From the NCBI RefSeq assembly GCF_000179635.2, contig NC_014824.1:90001-122000 (forward strand): a stretch of 32,000 nucleotides of DNA, given 5' to 3'. This DNA is from Ruminococcus albus 7 = DSM 20455 (GTDB taxonomy: Bacteria; Bacillota; Clostridia; Oscillospirales; Ruminococcaceae). Below, piece after piece: positions 1 through 9,851 of this stretch. Numbering within the stretch: the stretch's first letter is position 1; each line of letters opens with the position of its first letter. Both the position numbers and the translations under genes were made by a program. The notes under the pieces are model-generated. The model worked only from the letters and a program-made list of their open reading frames with translations, ran no database searches and was not told where the DNA came from.

Positions 1-504
1 GTTTCAAAAGAAAAAACAGCCCTGCAGCACTTTCTGACAACACTAATATAAAAATACCGTATAGTATTATTTTAGACAGCTTTGTTGATTATTTTGATTG
101 TATCAAAAAAGTTCTTACGTATACTTCTTTTATCGCTCTTTTGAATGCGGTCAACTTTTTATCCGTACAGCCCCCAAAAAAATAAAAGGGGAGCATTCCT
201 CATACCTTTCCTTCAATTATCCTTTTAGACACTTTTTACTGACATTTTGTTTTTCACGAAATAATGCATTGAACCTAGTAATAACCGTTATCCTTCTTTT
301 TTACCCTCTCTTTTCACTTTTTCTTTTTTAGACAGTTATATATTGTATTTTGAAATCATCAAAAAAAGGCCAAAATACTCCTTCCGACCTTATGGCACCT
401 TTTTCATTCTTCCGCCTCTCAATCCTTTTATCAAATTTTTTTCATTCAAACATCTTTCTCGCTTCCCGTTTTTTATAAACATCCGTTCTATCATCTTCCG
501 GTAC

Positions 505-650
505 ATCATTCCCACAAAAACAACTATATATAATTTCCCGCTTAAAGATTATATATAGTTGAGAATCAAAATTGCATGCTCTTAATTTTTCCTGAATACT
601 TCATTTTGTTTTACTTATAGTGTTTTTTTTCTTTTCATATACTCCGTTAT
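505..650. repeat. Copy A of a ~145-bp AT-rich intergenic repeat (copy B 3293-3440; partial copy C 8052-8108)
   Basis: Alignment by eye. Shared blocks include the exact 20-mer tttttcctgaatacttcatt and cttttcatatactc. Contains a perfect 14-bp inverted repeat: caactatatataat (521-534) / attatatatagttg (548-561). Confidence 0.7.
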
Positions 651-892
651 TTTTTCCGTATAAAAGAAAAGACCCCGCATAATGCGAGGTCAATCGTGCG
701 TGCCAATGCAAGACGCTGACGTTCAGATAATTGATAATGGTCGCCGATGAACCGTGTGGTGCTTGTGACGGGATAACCACGGTTCAGCAAAAAATAGACC
801 TCCTCAGCCGCTTTATGCAGCTTTGGGAGTGCCTTTTCGGAAAAATCACGTTAATCTGTGGGCATAAAGCATCGTTTAGCATTTTGAGCCAT
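647..892 (-). pseudogene. DUF434-like N-terminal gene fragment, interrupted and truncated
   Basis: Minus-strand frame from ATG 892 reads MAQNAKRCFMPTD*RDFSEKALPKLHKAAEEVYFLLNRGYPVTSTTRFIGDHYQLSERQRLALARTI..., with an in-frame TAA at 851-853. The frame then runs into the repeat/hairpin at 671-691. The family assignment is recalled from the motif LLnRGY..L..RQR and was not searched. Confidence 0.3.
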
Positions 893-1029
893 ATTTTCAC
901 CTCATGGACAGTTTTAACGCCTGTCTGATATCAGAAGATAGTCTGTTTTTTTGGATAGCATTAGTATATCATGCTCAATCTGAAAAGTCAAGCTTCGGGC
1001 ATAGACCCGAATGAATCTCAGTGTGAGCT

Positions 1030-1066
1030 AAAAAGAGGAACAGCTGAAAATACTGTCCCTCTTTTG
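1030..1066. terminator. Bidirectional hairpin terminator downstream of the minus-strand LRR gene
   Basis: agaggaacag (1034-1043) pairs with ctgtccctct (1053-1062) at 9/10 bp. An A-run lies on the left and a T-run on the right. Confidence 0.5.
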
Positions 1067-1098
1067 GATATTATGAAATATGTTTTTAAGCGGATAAA

Positions 1099-2625
1099 TT
1101 ATTTAATGGTTATCGTGAATGATCGTTTATCCAGGTCTCTTGTATCCCACTTGCCGTTTATCTTGGCGCATATCACGACTTTGTATTTGTCTCCGGGAGT
1201 CAGCCTTGGGGTGGTGTAAGATGTCTTTTCAGTGTATTCTACAACTTTCCATTTGTTTGCGATTTTTACTGCAATGCCGTACTCGGTGGCATTCTTGATG
1301 CGCTCCCATCCGAAACTGTACTGGTGAGTTGTCGGGGAGTATACGCTCCAAGTTTCGGAAGGCTGCCATTCATCTATCACAACGAGCACCGGATTCGAGA
1401 AGTTCATGTCCCACTTGCCGTTATACATTGCGAAGACAGCTACCCTATATTTAGATATGAAGTTCAGACCGCGCAGTGTGTATGAATTGTCTGTTGTCTT
1501 TTCAACAAGCTTCCACTTATCATTCTGATAGACTGCGATGGCGTACTTTTCTGCGTTTTTATCAGCTTTCCAGCTGAGTTCTGCATAACCTGCACCGGGA
1601 ACAAATGTTATGTCGGTCTTATTTTTATTGCCGATATATTCGTACTGGACATTATACTTTTTTGCATACTTCTCGCCTTCGCTGTCAGGATAGCAGTATA
1701 TCTTTAATTCTTTGATCTTTATCTCGTCAAAGCCGATAGCATAATAATAACCGAAAGCCTTTTGGCCGATACTTGTAACGGAGGCAGGAATAGTTACGTT
1801 CAGGAGACTGTTACAGCCATAGAAAGCATCTGAACCGATGGTCTTTACACTGTCGGGGATAGTTATGCTTTTAAGGCTTCTGCAGTCCTGGAAGGTGCAA
1901 TCGTTGATGGCTGTGATACCGTCAGGGATATTTGCGCTTATAAGATTTCTGCAGCAGTCAAAAGCTCCGCCGCCTATCTTTGTAACACTGTCAGGGATAG
2001 TTATGCCGGAAAGGCTTGTACAGTTTTTAAAAGCATGGACACCGATACTTGTAACGCTGTCGGGGATATTTATGTCAGTAAGGTTCGTACAGCCAAAGAA
2101 AGCATCTGTGCCGATGTCTGTGATACTGTCAGGGAGAGTTATACTTTTAAGACCCGAGCAGTTCTGGAAAGCTCTGGTGGAAATGGCTGTAACACCGTAG
2201 GGGATAGTTATGCTCGTAAGACTTTTGCAGTTACGTATAGCATCAATGCCGATGCTCTTTACGCCTGTGGGGATAGTTACGCTTGTGATATTATTACAGT
2301 TGATGAAAGCGCGTTCACCGATGCTTTCTGTGCCTTTTGAGATGACTACCTTCTTGATGTCATCTTTGAATGGGTACCAGGGAGCTTTTACTTTCTCCCA
2401 TGAAGCCACAGTGTAATCGTCCATATTGCCTGAGCCGCTGATAGTCAGGGTGCCCTCACTATCCAGCTTCCATGTGAGTTTTTCGCCGCAGGTGCCCTGC
2501 TCTGCGATGGTTGCTGCACTTGCAGTGATCTCAGAATGCATAATGACTGCATTTCCGAGAGCTGTTCCGCCCATAGATGCAGTGAGCACTGCTGCTGCAA
2601 GTCCGCAGATGATTTGTTTTTTCAT
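1099..2625 (-). CDS. Secreted BspA-type leucine-rich-repeat (LRR_5-like) surface protein with two C-terminal Fn3-like modules
   Basis: 508-aa ORF with signal peptide MKKQIICGLAAAVLTASMGGTALG. About 23-aa repeats of the form IP.SVTSIG..AF..C.SL.SITIP. The C-terminus carries two copies of a ..W....A..Y.IAV...GKW.. module related to the tails of the genes at 3620, 5184 and 27163. Confidence 0.85.
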   Translation of the reverse strand: MKKQIICGLAAAVLTASMGGTALGNAVIMHSEITASAATIAEQGTCGEKLTWKLDSEGTLTISGSGNMDDYTVASWEKVKAPWYPFKDDIKKVVISKGTESIGERAFINCNNITSVTIPTGVKSIGIDAIRNCKSLTSITIPYGVTAISTRAFQNCSGLKSITLPDSITDIGTDAFFGCTNLTDINIPDSVTSIGVHAFKNCTSLSGITIPDSVTKIGGGAFDCCRNLISANIPDGITAINDCTFQDCRSLKSITIPDSVKTIGSDAFYGCNSLLNVTIPASVTSIGQKAFGYYYAIGFDEIKIKELKIYCYPDSEGEKYAKKYNVQYEYIGNKNKTDITFVPGAGYAELSWKADKNAEKYAIAVYQNDKWKLVEKTTDNSYTLRGLNFISKYRVAVFAMYNGKWDMNFSNPVLVVIDEWQPSETWSVYSPTTHQYSFGWERIKNATEYGIAVKIANKWKVVEYTEKTSYTTPRLTPGDKYKVVICAKINGKWDTRDLDKRSFTITIK

Positions 2626-2805
2626 GAGATCTACCCCTTATTCCTTAATATGTTATGCGGCAGATAACATTAACGCCGCCAAAAATGTATTATACCACGA
2701 AAATCCGAAATATACAAGGGCAAAGCTAAACAAAGATATATAGGCGGTTTAGTGCATATCGGGAAATTAAATTGGTTTGATCGTATGATTTTAAATTATC
2801 GTAAG

Positions 2806-3245
2806 GTAAGCGCCAACCAAACCCAGCCCCTAAAGAGAAAAGCCGAGGCTTCCAATGAAACCTCGGCTTTGATCATTAGAGCCATCTACTTGTACTTTAC
2901 TACCGGTTACTATACTTCTCTACCAACGGCTGTAACTCTACTTTACAGCCAATTACTTTACCTCACTGTAAGTTTGCTTACAGTATGATGGAAGTGCCAT
3001 GCTCCAAGGCATTACCGATTTAAGCTGTGTTTCAGTTGGATCCGCCCCCCACTTGGGCAGGACGGTCAGCAGATAGAGCATATACCCATAGACATCAAGC
3101 TCATTTCTTTTTGCTGTTTCGATGATGCTCATAACTGCTGCGCTTGCAGCGGCTCCCTTTTCCGTGTCGCTAAAAAGGAAATTCTTTCGGTTGATGCCAT
3201 CCCCATTATCATCCTTTTCTTCTTTTATCCCTTTGAGTTCATTCT
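2806..3245 (-). mobile_element. IS66-family right-end remnant: terminal GTAAGCG plus the 3' fragment of the transposase gene
   Basis: Minus-strand translation reads ...GINRKNFLFSDTEKGAAASAAVMSIIETAKRNELDVYGYMLYLLTVLPKWGADPTETQLKSVMPW...*, with its stop at 2953-2955. This parallels ...GRKNWLFSNTANGARSSATLYSIISTAQA of the intact IS66 transposase at the window end. The terminus gtaagcgcc at 2806 resembles the IS66 ends at 7976 and 29679. The coding part has no N-terminal region. Confidence 0.7.
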
Positions 3246-3292
3246 CTCATCCACCTCATTATCAACAGACGCATCATTTACCCTTTCCTTAT

Positions 3293-3440
3293 TTCTCATC
3301 ATTCAAAAAAAAACAACTATATATAATTTTCACTTATGAATTTATATATACTTGCAATCTAAAATCATTCGCTTATTATTTTTCCTGAATACTTCATTAT
3401 ATTTCCTAATAGTACATTTTCTTTTCATATACTCTGTTTA
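3293..3440. repeat. Copy B of the ~145-bp AT-rich repeat
   Basis: Aligns with 505-650. Its palindrome is degenerate: caactatatataa 3314-3326 / tttatatatacttg 3341-3354, about 12/14 bp. Confidence 0.7.
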
Positions 3441-3541
3441 TTTGACGGTTATCTTAGTTTCACTTTCCGTCAATAGTATAAACTAATAATATTTTCTAAT
3501 ATAAAAATTGACGAATGGTCAAGAAAAACGGAACGATATTA

Positions 3542-3570
3542 TTGACATTGATGGTCATGTGTGCTAACAT
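3542..3570 (+). promoter_or_regulatory. Sigma-A type promoter of the DUF285 LRR gene
   Basis: TTGACA, 17-nt spacer, TAACAT. Homologous to the promoter block at 27073-27101 (attattgacattgat...atgtg.ta..atatt). Confidence 0.5.
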
Positions 3571-3619
3571 ATTATTGATATATTGCCGTTTCGGCACTAG
3601 AATTCAGGAGGACATAAAT

Positions 3620-5065
3620 ATGAAGTTAAAAAAAGTTTTAGCAGTAGTGATGTCACTTTGTATGGTGGCAGGAACTGTCAGCTACGGCGCACCTGTTATA
3701 ACACAGAGCATAACTGCGCAGGCGGCTGATTCAGCAACAAGCGGCTTTTCATTTAACCAAACAACAGGTATGCTTACGCTTAGCGGTACTGTTGATGGTG
3801 ATGCTTTACGTAAATTTAACAATACCTATCGCGATAACGTTTGGTCTGTCATAGTTTTGGAAGGAACTGTTCTTCCTGAAGACTGCAGCAAGCTTTTTTG
3901 CGAATATCCTTGTTATTCCATCGACCTTTCAAATGCGGATACAAGTAATGTAAAAAATATGAGCAGAATGTTCGATAACTGTTGCAATCTTAAATCGCTC
4001 AATTTAAGTGGATTTGATACAAGCAATGTTACTGATATGAGCTATATGTTCAACGAGTGTGGCAAACTTTATTCTATCGATGTAAGCGGATTTGATACAA
4101 GCAACGTTACAGATATGGGTGATATGTTCTCTCTTTGTGACCAATTAACATCGCTTGATGTAAGCAGATTTAACACAAGCAAAGTTACAGATATGAGTGG
4201 TATGTTCAATTCCTGTCTTAGCTTGTCAACGCTTGATGTTAGCGGTTTTGACACAAGCAATGTTACAGATATGTGTGATATGTTCTGGGGCTGTGCAAAA
4301 TTGACGTCACTTGATATTAGCAAATTTGACACAAGCAAAGTTACAAATATGGGTGGTATGTTCTGTGCCTGTAATAAATTGACTACACTTGATGTAAGCG
4401 GATTTGATACAAGCAAAGTAACCGATATGTCAGGAATGTTCGCTTCAACTAACTTATCAACACTTGATGTAAGCGGATTTGATACAAGCAAAGTAACCGA
4501 TATGATGGCAATGTTCTCTTCAAGAAATTTGACCGAACTTGATCTGAGCTCGTTTGATACAAGCAAAGTTACAAAGATGAACTGGATGTTCTCTTCTAAT
4601 CTACGTTCCCTTACTCTTGGCGAGAATTTCAAAAATGTTCCCGAAGAAGCAGAACTTTATAATGACAAAGGCTGGGTAAATTCCAAAGACATCGCGACTG
4701 TAGTCAGCGGTAACGGAGAGTATGCAGTTATCGAAAACACCGGCAAGAACACCTATAAGCGCTTACCTATCGTTGAAGAAACCAAGCTTACCTACCCTAC
4801 TAACATCAAAGTCGAGTACATAAAAAAATACCACCAGGTAAGATTCACATGGGATAAGGTCGAAAGTGCTGACAAATACAGCATTGCTGTTTTCCTTGCA
4901 GGCAAGTGGAGAGTTCAGAAACAGGATATCACCGGCACTGTTTATACATCTCCCAAAAATCTCACCCCGGGGAAGTCATACAAAGTCGCTATCGCTGCCA
5001 GAGTTGACGGAAAATGGGACACAGCAAATGCTATAAAACATTCGGGTACTGTTACTATAAGGTGA
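3620..5065 (+). CDS. Secreted DUF285/BspA-family LRR surface protein with C-terminal Fn3-like module
   Basis: SD aggagg, then ATG 3620. Signal peptide MKLKKVLAVVMSLCMVAGTVSYG. About 11 tandem 26-aa units of the form LDVSGFDTSNVTDMS.MF..C..LT. Tail KVEYIKKYHQVRFTWDKVESADKYSIAVFLAGKWRV...SGTVTIR. Confidence 0.85.
   Translation: MKLKKVLAVVMSLCMVAGTVSYGAPVITQSITAQAADSATSGFSFNQTTGMLTLSGTVDGDALRKFNNTYRDNVWSVIVLEGTVLPEDCSKLFCEYPCYSIDLSNADTSNVKNMSRMFDNCCNLKSLNLSGFDTSNVTDMSYMFNECGKLYSIDVSGFDTSNVTDMGDMFSLCDQLTSLDVSRFNTSKVTDMSGMFNSCLSLSTLDVSGFDTSNVTDMCDMFWGCAKLTSLDISKFDTSKVTNMGGMFCACNKLTTLDVSGFDTSKVTDMSGMFASTNLSTLDVSGFDTSKVTDMMAMFSSRNLTELDLSSFDTSKVTKMNWMFSSNLRSLTLGENFKNVPEEAELYNDKGWVNSKDIATVVSGNGEYAVIENTGKNTYKRLPIVEETKLTYPTNIKVEYIKKYHQVRFTWDKVESADKYSIAVFLAGKWRVQKQDITGTVYTSPKNLTPGKSYKVAIAARVDGKWDTANAIKHSGTVTIR
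3925..4600 (+). repeat. In-frame 78-bp tandem repeats encoding the 26-aa LRR units
   Basis: Periodic tttgatacaagcaa(t/a)gt.ac.gatatg motif every 78 nt. Confidence 0.8.
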
Positions 5066-5183
5066 CAGTTCAAAATTGATTCGATTTGATAAATGCAAAA
5101 CGGGACTGTTTCAACTAAGCAACAGCTCCTTCAAATTTGTCTCAACAAGAACAAGCTCTTTATTCTTAAAGGAGGAGGATCAT

Positions 5184-7859
5184 ATGAAAATTTTCAAACG
5201 CTTGACCGCTCTGTTTTGTACCGGTGGAATGCTCCTTATGTCAGCACCACACTGTGTTCTCACCTCTCATGCGGCACAAACAGTCAAGCTGTCACCGGAT
5301 AATACTTTTACCATAAACAATGGCGAATTTGAGGGCTGGGGTACATCTCTTTGCTGGTGGGCCAATCGCCTCGGCTATTCTGACTCGCTGGCACAGCAGG
5401 CAGCGGATGTGTTCTACGGTGATGAAGGTCTACGTCTTAATATTGCTCGCTTTAATATCGGCGGCGGTGATGATCCAAGCCACAATCATATCACACGAAC
5501 CGATTCCAATATGCCGGGATATACTAAGTATAGCAACGGAAAAATTACCTATGATTGGAGTGCTGATGCCAATCAGCGCAATGTGCTTATGCGGTCTATT
5601 CAGGCTGCCGGAGATGATATGATTGTGGAAATGTTCTCCAATTCGCCGCCCTATTACATGACGAAGAGCGGCTGTTCGTCAGGATCGGCAGATGCCAAAA
5701 GCAACAATCTGAAGGACGACCAATACGATGATTTTGCGCGGTATTTCGCGGAGGTTTGCTATCACTATCAGCACGACTGGGGCGTGAAGATCCAGAGCGC
5801 GGAAGCTATGAATGAGCCGTATACCAACTTCTGGAAGGCCAACAGCTACAAGCAGGAGGGCTGTCACTTCGATCAGGGAAGCTCGCAGTCAACCATGATC
5901 GTGGAGCTGCAAAAGGCGATGCGTGACAAGGGAATGGGCGATGTTATTCTTTGCGGTACGGATGAGACCTCCATTGACACGCAGATTAGCTCTTTTAACA
6001 AGCTCTCTAATGATGCCAAAAAAGCGATCGGTCGTATCGACACCCACACCTACGGCGGCAGCAAACGTGCCGAGCTAAAAAATATTGCCCTGTCCAACGG
6101 AAAAAATCTCTGGATGAGCGAGGTGGACAGCAGCGGCACGGCCGGGACGAATGCAGGTGAAATGAGTGCGGCACTCTGGCTGGCACAGCGTATCACGACC
6201 GATGTCAACGACATGAACGCATCGGCGTGGATCATGTGGCAGGTGATCGACAGCCACATTTCAAAGAACGGCTACAACGGCCGAAAGGATACCGGTATGG
6301 TGGACACGCAGAAGGGCTACTGGGGCGTGGCAGTTGCCAACCATGATGCAAATAAGATCGTTCTGACGAAGAAATACTACGCTTTCGGACAGTACTCGCG
6401 CTATATTCGCCCCGGTATGATTATGCTGAACTCCTCCGGCAATACTGTTGCCGCTTATGATCCTGAGACGGGACAGATCGTGGCTGTTTCCTACAATACA
6501 AGCGGCAGCAGTGCTGACATAACTTTCGATCTTTCAGACTTTGCTGAGGTTGGCAGCACGGCAAATGCGATCCGCACGAGCAAGAATGAGAACTGGAAGA
6601 ATGTGGGCACTATCAATCTAAACGGCAAAACGCTGAATGCAACCTTGCCCGGCAATTCCATCACAACGTTTGTCATTGAGGGAAATGGCAGTATAGGCGG
6701 CAATGAGATCAAGGTGCAGGCTGACAAGCTAAGCGGCTCTGACTCGTGGAAGCAAAATGCAGATACCGATTTCCACAAGGCTTTTGACGGCGACAACGCA
6801 ACATACTTCGACGGCACGAGAGTCGGCTGGGTACAGGCAGATCTGGGTGCGGTCTACGATCTGAGCGCACTTGCTTACTGCCCTCGTCAGAACTATGAAT
6901 ACCGTATGGTGGATGGCTATTTCGAGGTGTCGATGGACGGCACAGACTGGCAGAGCATACACACAATTAGTGAGAATCCCACATTTGCCATGCACAAAGT
7001 GAAACTTGAAAAGCCGATCACGGCACGTTATATCCGCTATGCAGTACCAGAGGGCAAGCCGCGCAACAGCTACAACACAAATGATGTTTATTGCTGTAAT
7101 GTAGCGGAAATCAAGCTCTATGGCACGCTGAATCCGGAGACGAGCTTTACAAAATTAGCGCCCGAAGCAACAAGCGGTACAGATTCGTGGAAGCAGCAGG
7201 AAGGCTACAATTACGGAAAGGCGTTTGATGGCGATACTGCAACCTACTTTGACGGTGTGGGTGCAGGCTGGGTACAGGCTGGTCTTGGGAAAATATGTGA
7301 GCTGAATGCGATCGCCTACACTCCCCGTAAGGGCTACGAAGCACGAATGGTGGACGGCTATTTCAGCGTTTCCGAGGATGGCACAAGCTGGCAGACGGTA
7401 CACACGATCGGCAGGATGCCCACATCGGACACACAGACCGTTATGCTCGATGCATCGGTGAAAGCAAGGTATATCCGCTACGCTGTTCCGGAGGGAAAGC
7501 CGAATAACGGCGTGAATACCGATGATGTGTACTGCTGCAATATTGCGGAGCTTGCGTTCTATGGCGCTGTACTGCCGAATGCGGTAATCAGCAACACTAT
7601 AAAAGTTGAATACAGCGAGAAATATCACCAGGTAAGATTCACATGGGATAAAGTCGAAGGCGCCGACAGATATGGAATTGCTGTATATCTTGCCGGCAAG
7701 TGGAGAGTTCAGGCGCAGAACATCACCGGTACGGTTTATACATCTCCCAAGAACCTGACACCCGGTAAGAAATACAGAGTCGCAATCGCTGCAAGGGTGA
7801 ACGGCAAATGGGATACCGCAAACGCTATCAAACATTCAGGTACCGTCACCATAAGATAA
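5184..7859 (+). CDS. Secreted glycoside hydrolase family 30 (clan GH-A) enzyme with two F5/8-type-C (CBM32-like) domains and a C-terminal Fn3-like module
   Basis: SD aaggagg, then ATG 5184, followed by a signal peptide. Motifs FEGWGTSLCWWANRLG, EAMNEPY (acid/base Glu) and LWMSEVD (nucleophile Glu). Two ~140-aa repeats: SWKQ...KAFDGD.ATYFDG...GWVQA.LG...ARYIRYAVPEGKP. Tail KVEYSEKYHQVRFTWDKVEGADRYGIAVYLAGKWRV...SGTVTIR. Confidence 0.9.
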   Translation: MKIFKRLTALFCTGGMLLMSAPHCVLTSHAAQTVKLSPDNTFTINNGEFEGWGTSLCWWANRLGYSDSLAQQAADVFYGDEGLRLNIARFNIGGGDDPSHNHITRTDSNMPGYTKYSNGKITYDWSADANQRNVLMRSIQAAGDDMIVEMFSNSPPYYMTKSGCSSGSADAKSNNLKDDQYDDFARYFAEVCYHYQHDWGVKIQSAEAMNEPYTNFWKANSYKQEGCHFDQGSSQSTMIVELQKAMRDKGMGDVILCGTDETSIDTQISSFNKLSNDAKKAIGRIDTHTYGGSKRAELKNIALSNGKNLWMSEVDSSGTAGTNAGEMSAALWLAQRITTDVNDMNASAWIMWQVIDSHISKNGYNGRKDTGMVDTQKGYWGVAVANHDANKIVLTKKYYAFGQYSRYIRPGMIMLNSSGNTVAAYDPETGQIVAVSYNTSGSSADITFDLSDFAEVGSTANAIRTSKNENWKNVGTINLNGKTLNATLPGNSITTFVIEGNGSIGGNEIKVQADKLSGSDSWKQNADTDFHKAFDGDNATYFDGTRVGWVQADLGAVYDLSALAYCPRQNYEYRMVDGYFEVSMDGTDWQSIHTISENPTFAMHKVKLEKPITARYIRYAVPEGKPRNSYNTNDVYCCNVAEIKLYGTLNPETSFTKLAPEATSGTDSWKQQEGYNYGKAFDGDTATYFDGVGAGWVQAGLGKICELNAIAYTPRKGYEARMVDGYFSVSEDGTSWQTVHTIGRMPTSDTQTVMLDASVKARYIRYAVPEGKPNNGVNTDDVYCCNIAELAFYGAVLPNAVISNTIKVEYSEKYHQVRFTWDKVEGADRYGIAVYLAGKWRVQAQNITGTVYTSPKNLTPGKKYRVAIAARVNGKWDTANAIKHSGTVTIR

Positions 7860-7895
7860 CAGGCGGCATTGATATTTGATCTTATTGAAGACGTA

Positions 7896-7940
7896 ACACC
7901 CACGTGGATACTAAATGTGAGTATCTACGTGGGTGCTTTA
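7896..7940 (+). terminator. Hairpin terminator after the GH30 gene
   Basis: cacccacgtggatact ... agtatctacgtgggtg forms a long stem. The T-tract that follows is weak (cttta). Confidence 0.5.
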
Positions 7941-7975
7941 CATCTTATCCTGACATAATCAAAATGATAATTAGG

Positions 7976-8056
7976 GTAAGCGTATAAACCTCCGCACCTA
8001 CCCCACCAATATCTAAAGAAGTATAATAAACTCCAAACAACTCCATAGATCAAATA
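7976..8056 (+). mobile_element. Solo IS66 left-end fragment (~80 bp)
   Basis: gtaagcgtataaacctccgcacctaccccaccaa...agtataataaactccaaacaac aligns with the left end of the complete IS66 at 29679-29760. No IS66 ORFs follow it. Confidence 0.65.
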
Positions 8057-8337
8057 TACTTTGTATATTTTTCTGTATAAAAAAAGACCCCACATAAAAG
8101 TGAGGTCAGATAAGTTGGATCATGCGGGAGTAAATGTGCAGCCGACTCTTTCACAAGCAGCCTTCATTTTTTCAATCTCTTTTTCTTCTTCAATACTCTT
8201 CATAATAGAGTTTAATATGCATATAATAATCAAAACTTTAGTTTTACATAACGCTTGACTTTGAATTGCAATTATGTTATACTTTGAATTACAGTAACTT
8301 AAAACTTTGAAATTTCGTTTTTTGAGGAGGCATTATT

Positions 8338-9507
8338 ATGCTGAACAGAATAGCACAAAAAGCGCTGCTTCGTCTTGCAGAGCAGTTCCCGATAGTAGGA
8401 ATCACAGGTCCAAGACAGAGTGGCAAATCTACGCTTACAAAGATCACCTTCCCCGACAAAAAGTATGTAACTTTTGATGATAAAAATATGCGTGAACTTG
8501 CAAAATCAAACCCCGCCGACTTTATTATGGCATTTCCAAATGGTGCCGTTATTGACGAAGCTCAAAAGGTGCCTGAGATATTTGATGCGCTTAAGCTTCA
8601 TGTTGACAGCGCTCCTTTCACACCGGGAAAATTCATTCTCACCGGTTCAAGCCAGTTCAGGCTTAGAAAGAATATGTCCGACAGCCTTGCAGGAAGGGCT
8701 GCTTTTCTGAAACTGCTCCCTTTTTCCATTAAAGAGCTTAAAGATGCTGACCTTCTGCCAAAGAACGCTTACGACCTTATTTTCGTAGGACAGTATCCTC
8801 CGCTTTTTGACAGTGAAAAGCATTATATTGCAGAAGACTGGTTTGAGAGCTATATCGACACTTATCTTGATCTAGATGTTAAAGACCAGATCAATGAGAG
8901 CAATCTGTCAACATTCAGAAAGTTCATTCAGATATGTGCTATATACAGCGGTCAGCTTCTTTCAATGGACAGCATAGCTAAGCAGATAGGTATTTCCCAA
9001 CCCACAGTAAAAAGCTGGCTGTCTATTCTTGAAAACTCATATATCATTCATTTGCTGGAGCCTGATACGAACAATCTTGGGCGTTCGATAGTAAAGACAC
9101 CAAAGCTGTATTTCGTCGATTCGGGACTGCTGTGTCATTTGTTAAGGTTGGAGAGCAAAGAAGATCTGCTTCTGAGCAAGTACAAGGGTGCTGTTGTTGA
9201 GACCTGTGCAGTAGCAGAGATGCTGAAAAACAGAATGAATCAGGCAAAAAAGCCGAATCTGACATTTTACAGAGACAGCAACGGTTTTGAGGTAGACACC
9301 ATAGCCGACTGGAAACACACATTTGCAGTAGAGATAAAAAGCTCAAGCGATGCGGAAGCAAAGCTGTCTGCAAACACTAAAAAGTATCTTACACTGCGAA
9401 ATGACGACAATGCCCATAATGCAGTATTCTATCTCGGTGATATCAGCATGACGATCAATGATACAATGTATGTCAGCTGGAAGGATTGGGGAGATCACCT
9501 TAATTAA
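8338..9507 (+). CDS. AAA+ ATPase with DUF4143 C-terminal domain (AAA_14/DUF4143 family)
   Basis: 389-aa ORF with SD gaggagg. Walker A GPRQSGKST and Walker B-like AVIDEAQ. The overall pattern is typical of the ATP-binding protein/DUF4143 family (from memory). Confidence 0.85.
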   Translation: MLNRIAQKALLRLAEQFPIVGITGPRQSGKSTLTKITFPDKKYVTFDDKNMRELAKSNPADFIMAFPNGAVIDEAQKVPEIFDALKLHVDSAPFTPGKFILTGSSQFRLRKNMSDSLAGRAAFLKLLPFSIKELKDADLLPKNAYDLIFVGQYPPLFDSEKHYIAEDWFESYIDTYLDLDVKDQINESNLSTFRKFIQICAIYSGQLLSMDSIAKQIGISQPTVKSWLSILENSYIIHLLEPDTNNLGRSIVKTPKLYFVDSGLLCHLLRLESKEDLLLSKYKGAVVETCAVAEMLKNRMNQAKKPNLTFYRDSNGFEVDTIADWKHTFAVEIKSSSDAEAKLSANTKKYLTLRNDDNAHNAVFYLGDISMTINDTMYVSWKDWGDHLN

Positions 9508-9638
9508 TCTGATCGAAATTTATTAAGGTTTAGATCCAACTCTACTCCATGTTATCAAGTAATAGAGCTGTTTTTATTATAGAAGGAATTTTTACGTGAT
9601 ATAAGCACTCTATAATAAAAAATATACCTACGGTTTAC

Positions 9639-9667
9639 TTGATTTTTTCTTGTAGATATGATATAAT
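9639..9667 (+). promoter_or_regulatory. Promoter of tRNA module 1
   Basis: TTGATT, 17-nt spacer, TGaTATAAT (extended -10). Confidence 0.65.
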
Positions 9668-9699
9668 GACCACAACATCAAAGAAAGGAGAAAACCGAG

Positions 9700-9828
9700 A
9701 TGAATAAGTTCACTGTTTCATATCTGTATAGCGAATCATTATTGAGCCTCGTCCTCGAATCGGAAGAGACTTCTTTTGTGCTGCGTACAGATAAAGTGGA
9801 TGAACATTTCGGGATTTCTTGTTTCTAA
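9700..9828 (+). CDS. Mini-ORF 1 (42 aa), candidate leader peptide: MNKFTVSYLYSESLLSLVLESEETSFVLRTDKVDEHFGISCF
   Basis: SD aaaggag lies 8 nt upstream of the ATG. The ORF lies between a consensus promoter and an intrinsic terminator. Codons 7-23 are almost exclusively Ser/Tyr/Leu/Glu. Confidence 0.6.
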   Translation: MNKFTVSYLYSESLLSLVLESEETSFVLRTDKVDEHFGISCF

Positions 9829-9851
9829 GTATTATTGATCCTTGTAAGTGA

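Noticed and set aside
98-558. Plus-strand ORFs 98-331 and 343-558.
   Set aside because: Their products are pyrimidine-rich and low-complexity, they lack an SD, and the region belongs to the AT-rich repeat and non-coding tract.
3515-3619. N-terminal extensions offered by the ORF track: 3515, 5076, 10122, 10609, 13646, 29772, 18348 (-) and 18933 (-).
   Set aside because: Internal ATGs preceded by good SD sequences give canonical signal peptides or family-typical N-termini. The extended starts lack an SD or begin inside tRNA or promoter sequence.
4069-4632. Long antisense ORFs inside the LRR and GH30 genes: 4069-4632, 7155-7835, 27897-28262, 28290-28574, 28318-28584, 28656-29306 and 29176-29523, all on the minus strand.
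   Set aside because: They mirror the periodic repeat structure of the sense-strand genes. They have no SD or promoter, and their low-complexity products (LLVSN.L.SS...) are an artefact of the repeats.
8120-8203. 27-aa minus-strand ORF (MKSIEEEKEIEKMKAACERVGCTFTPA) followed by the hairpin at ~8083-8108.
   Set aside because: It has no convincing SD, is very short, and lies in repeat copy C. Kept only as a note.
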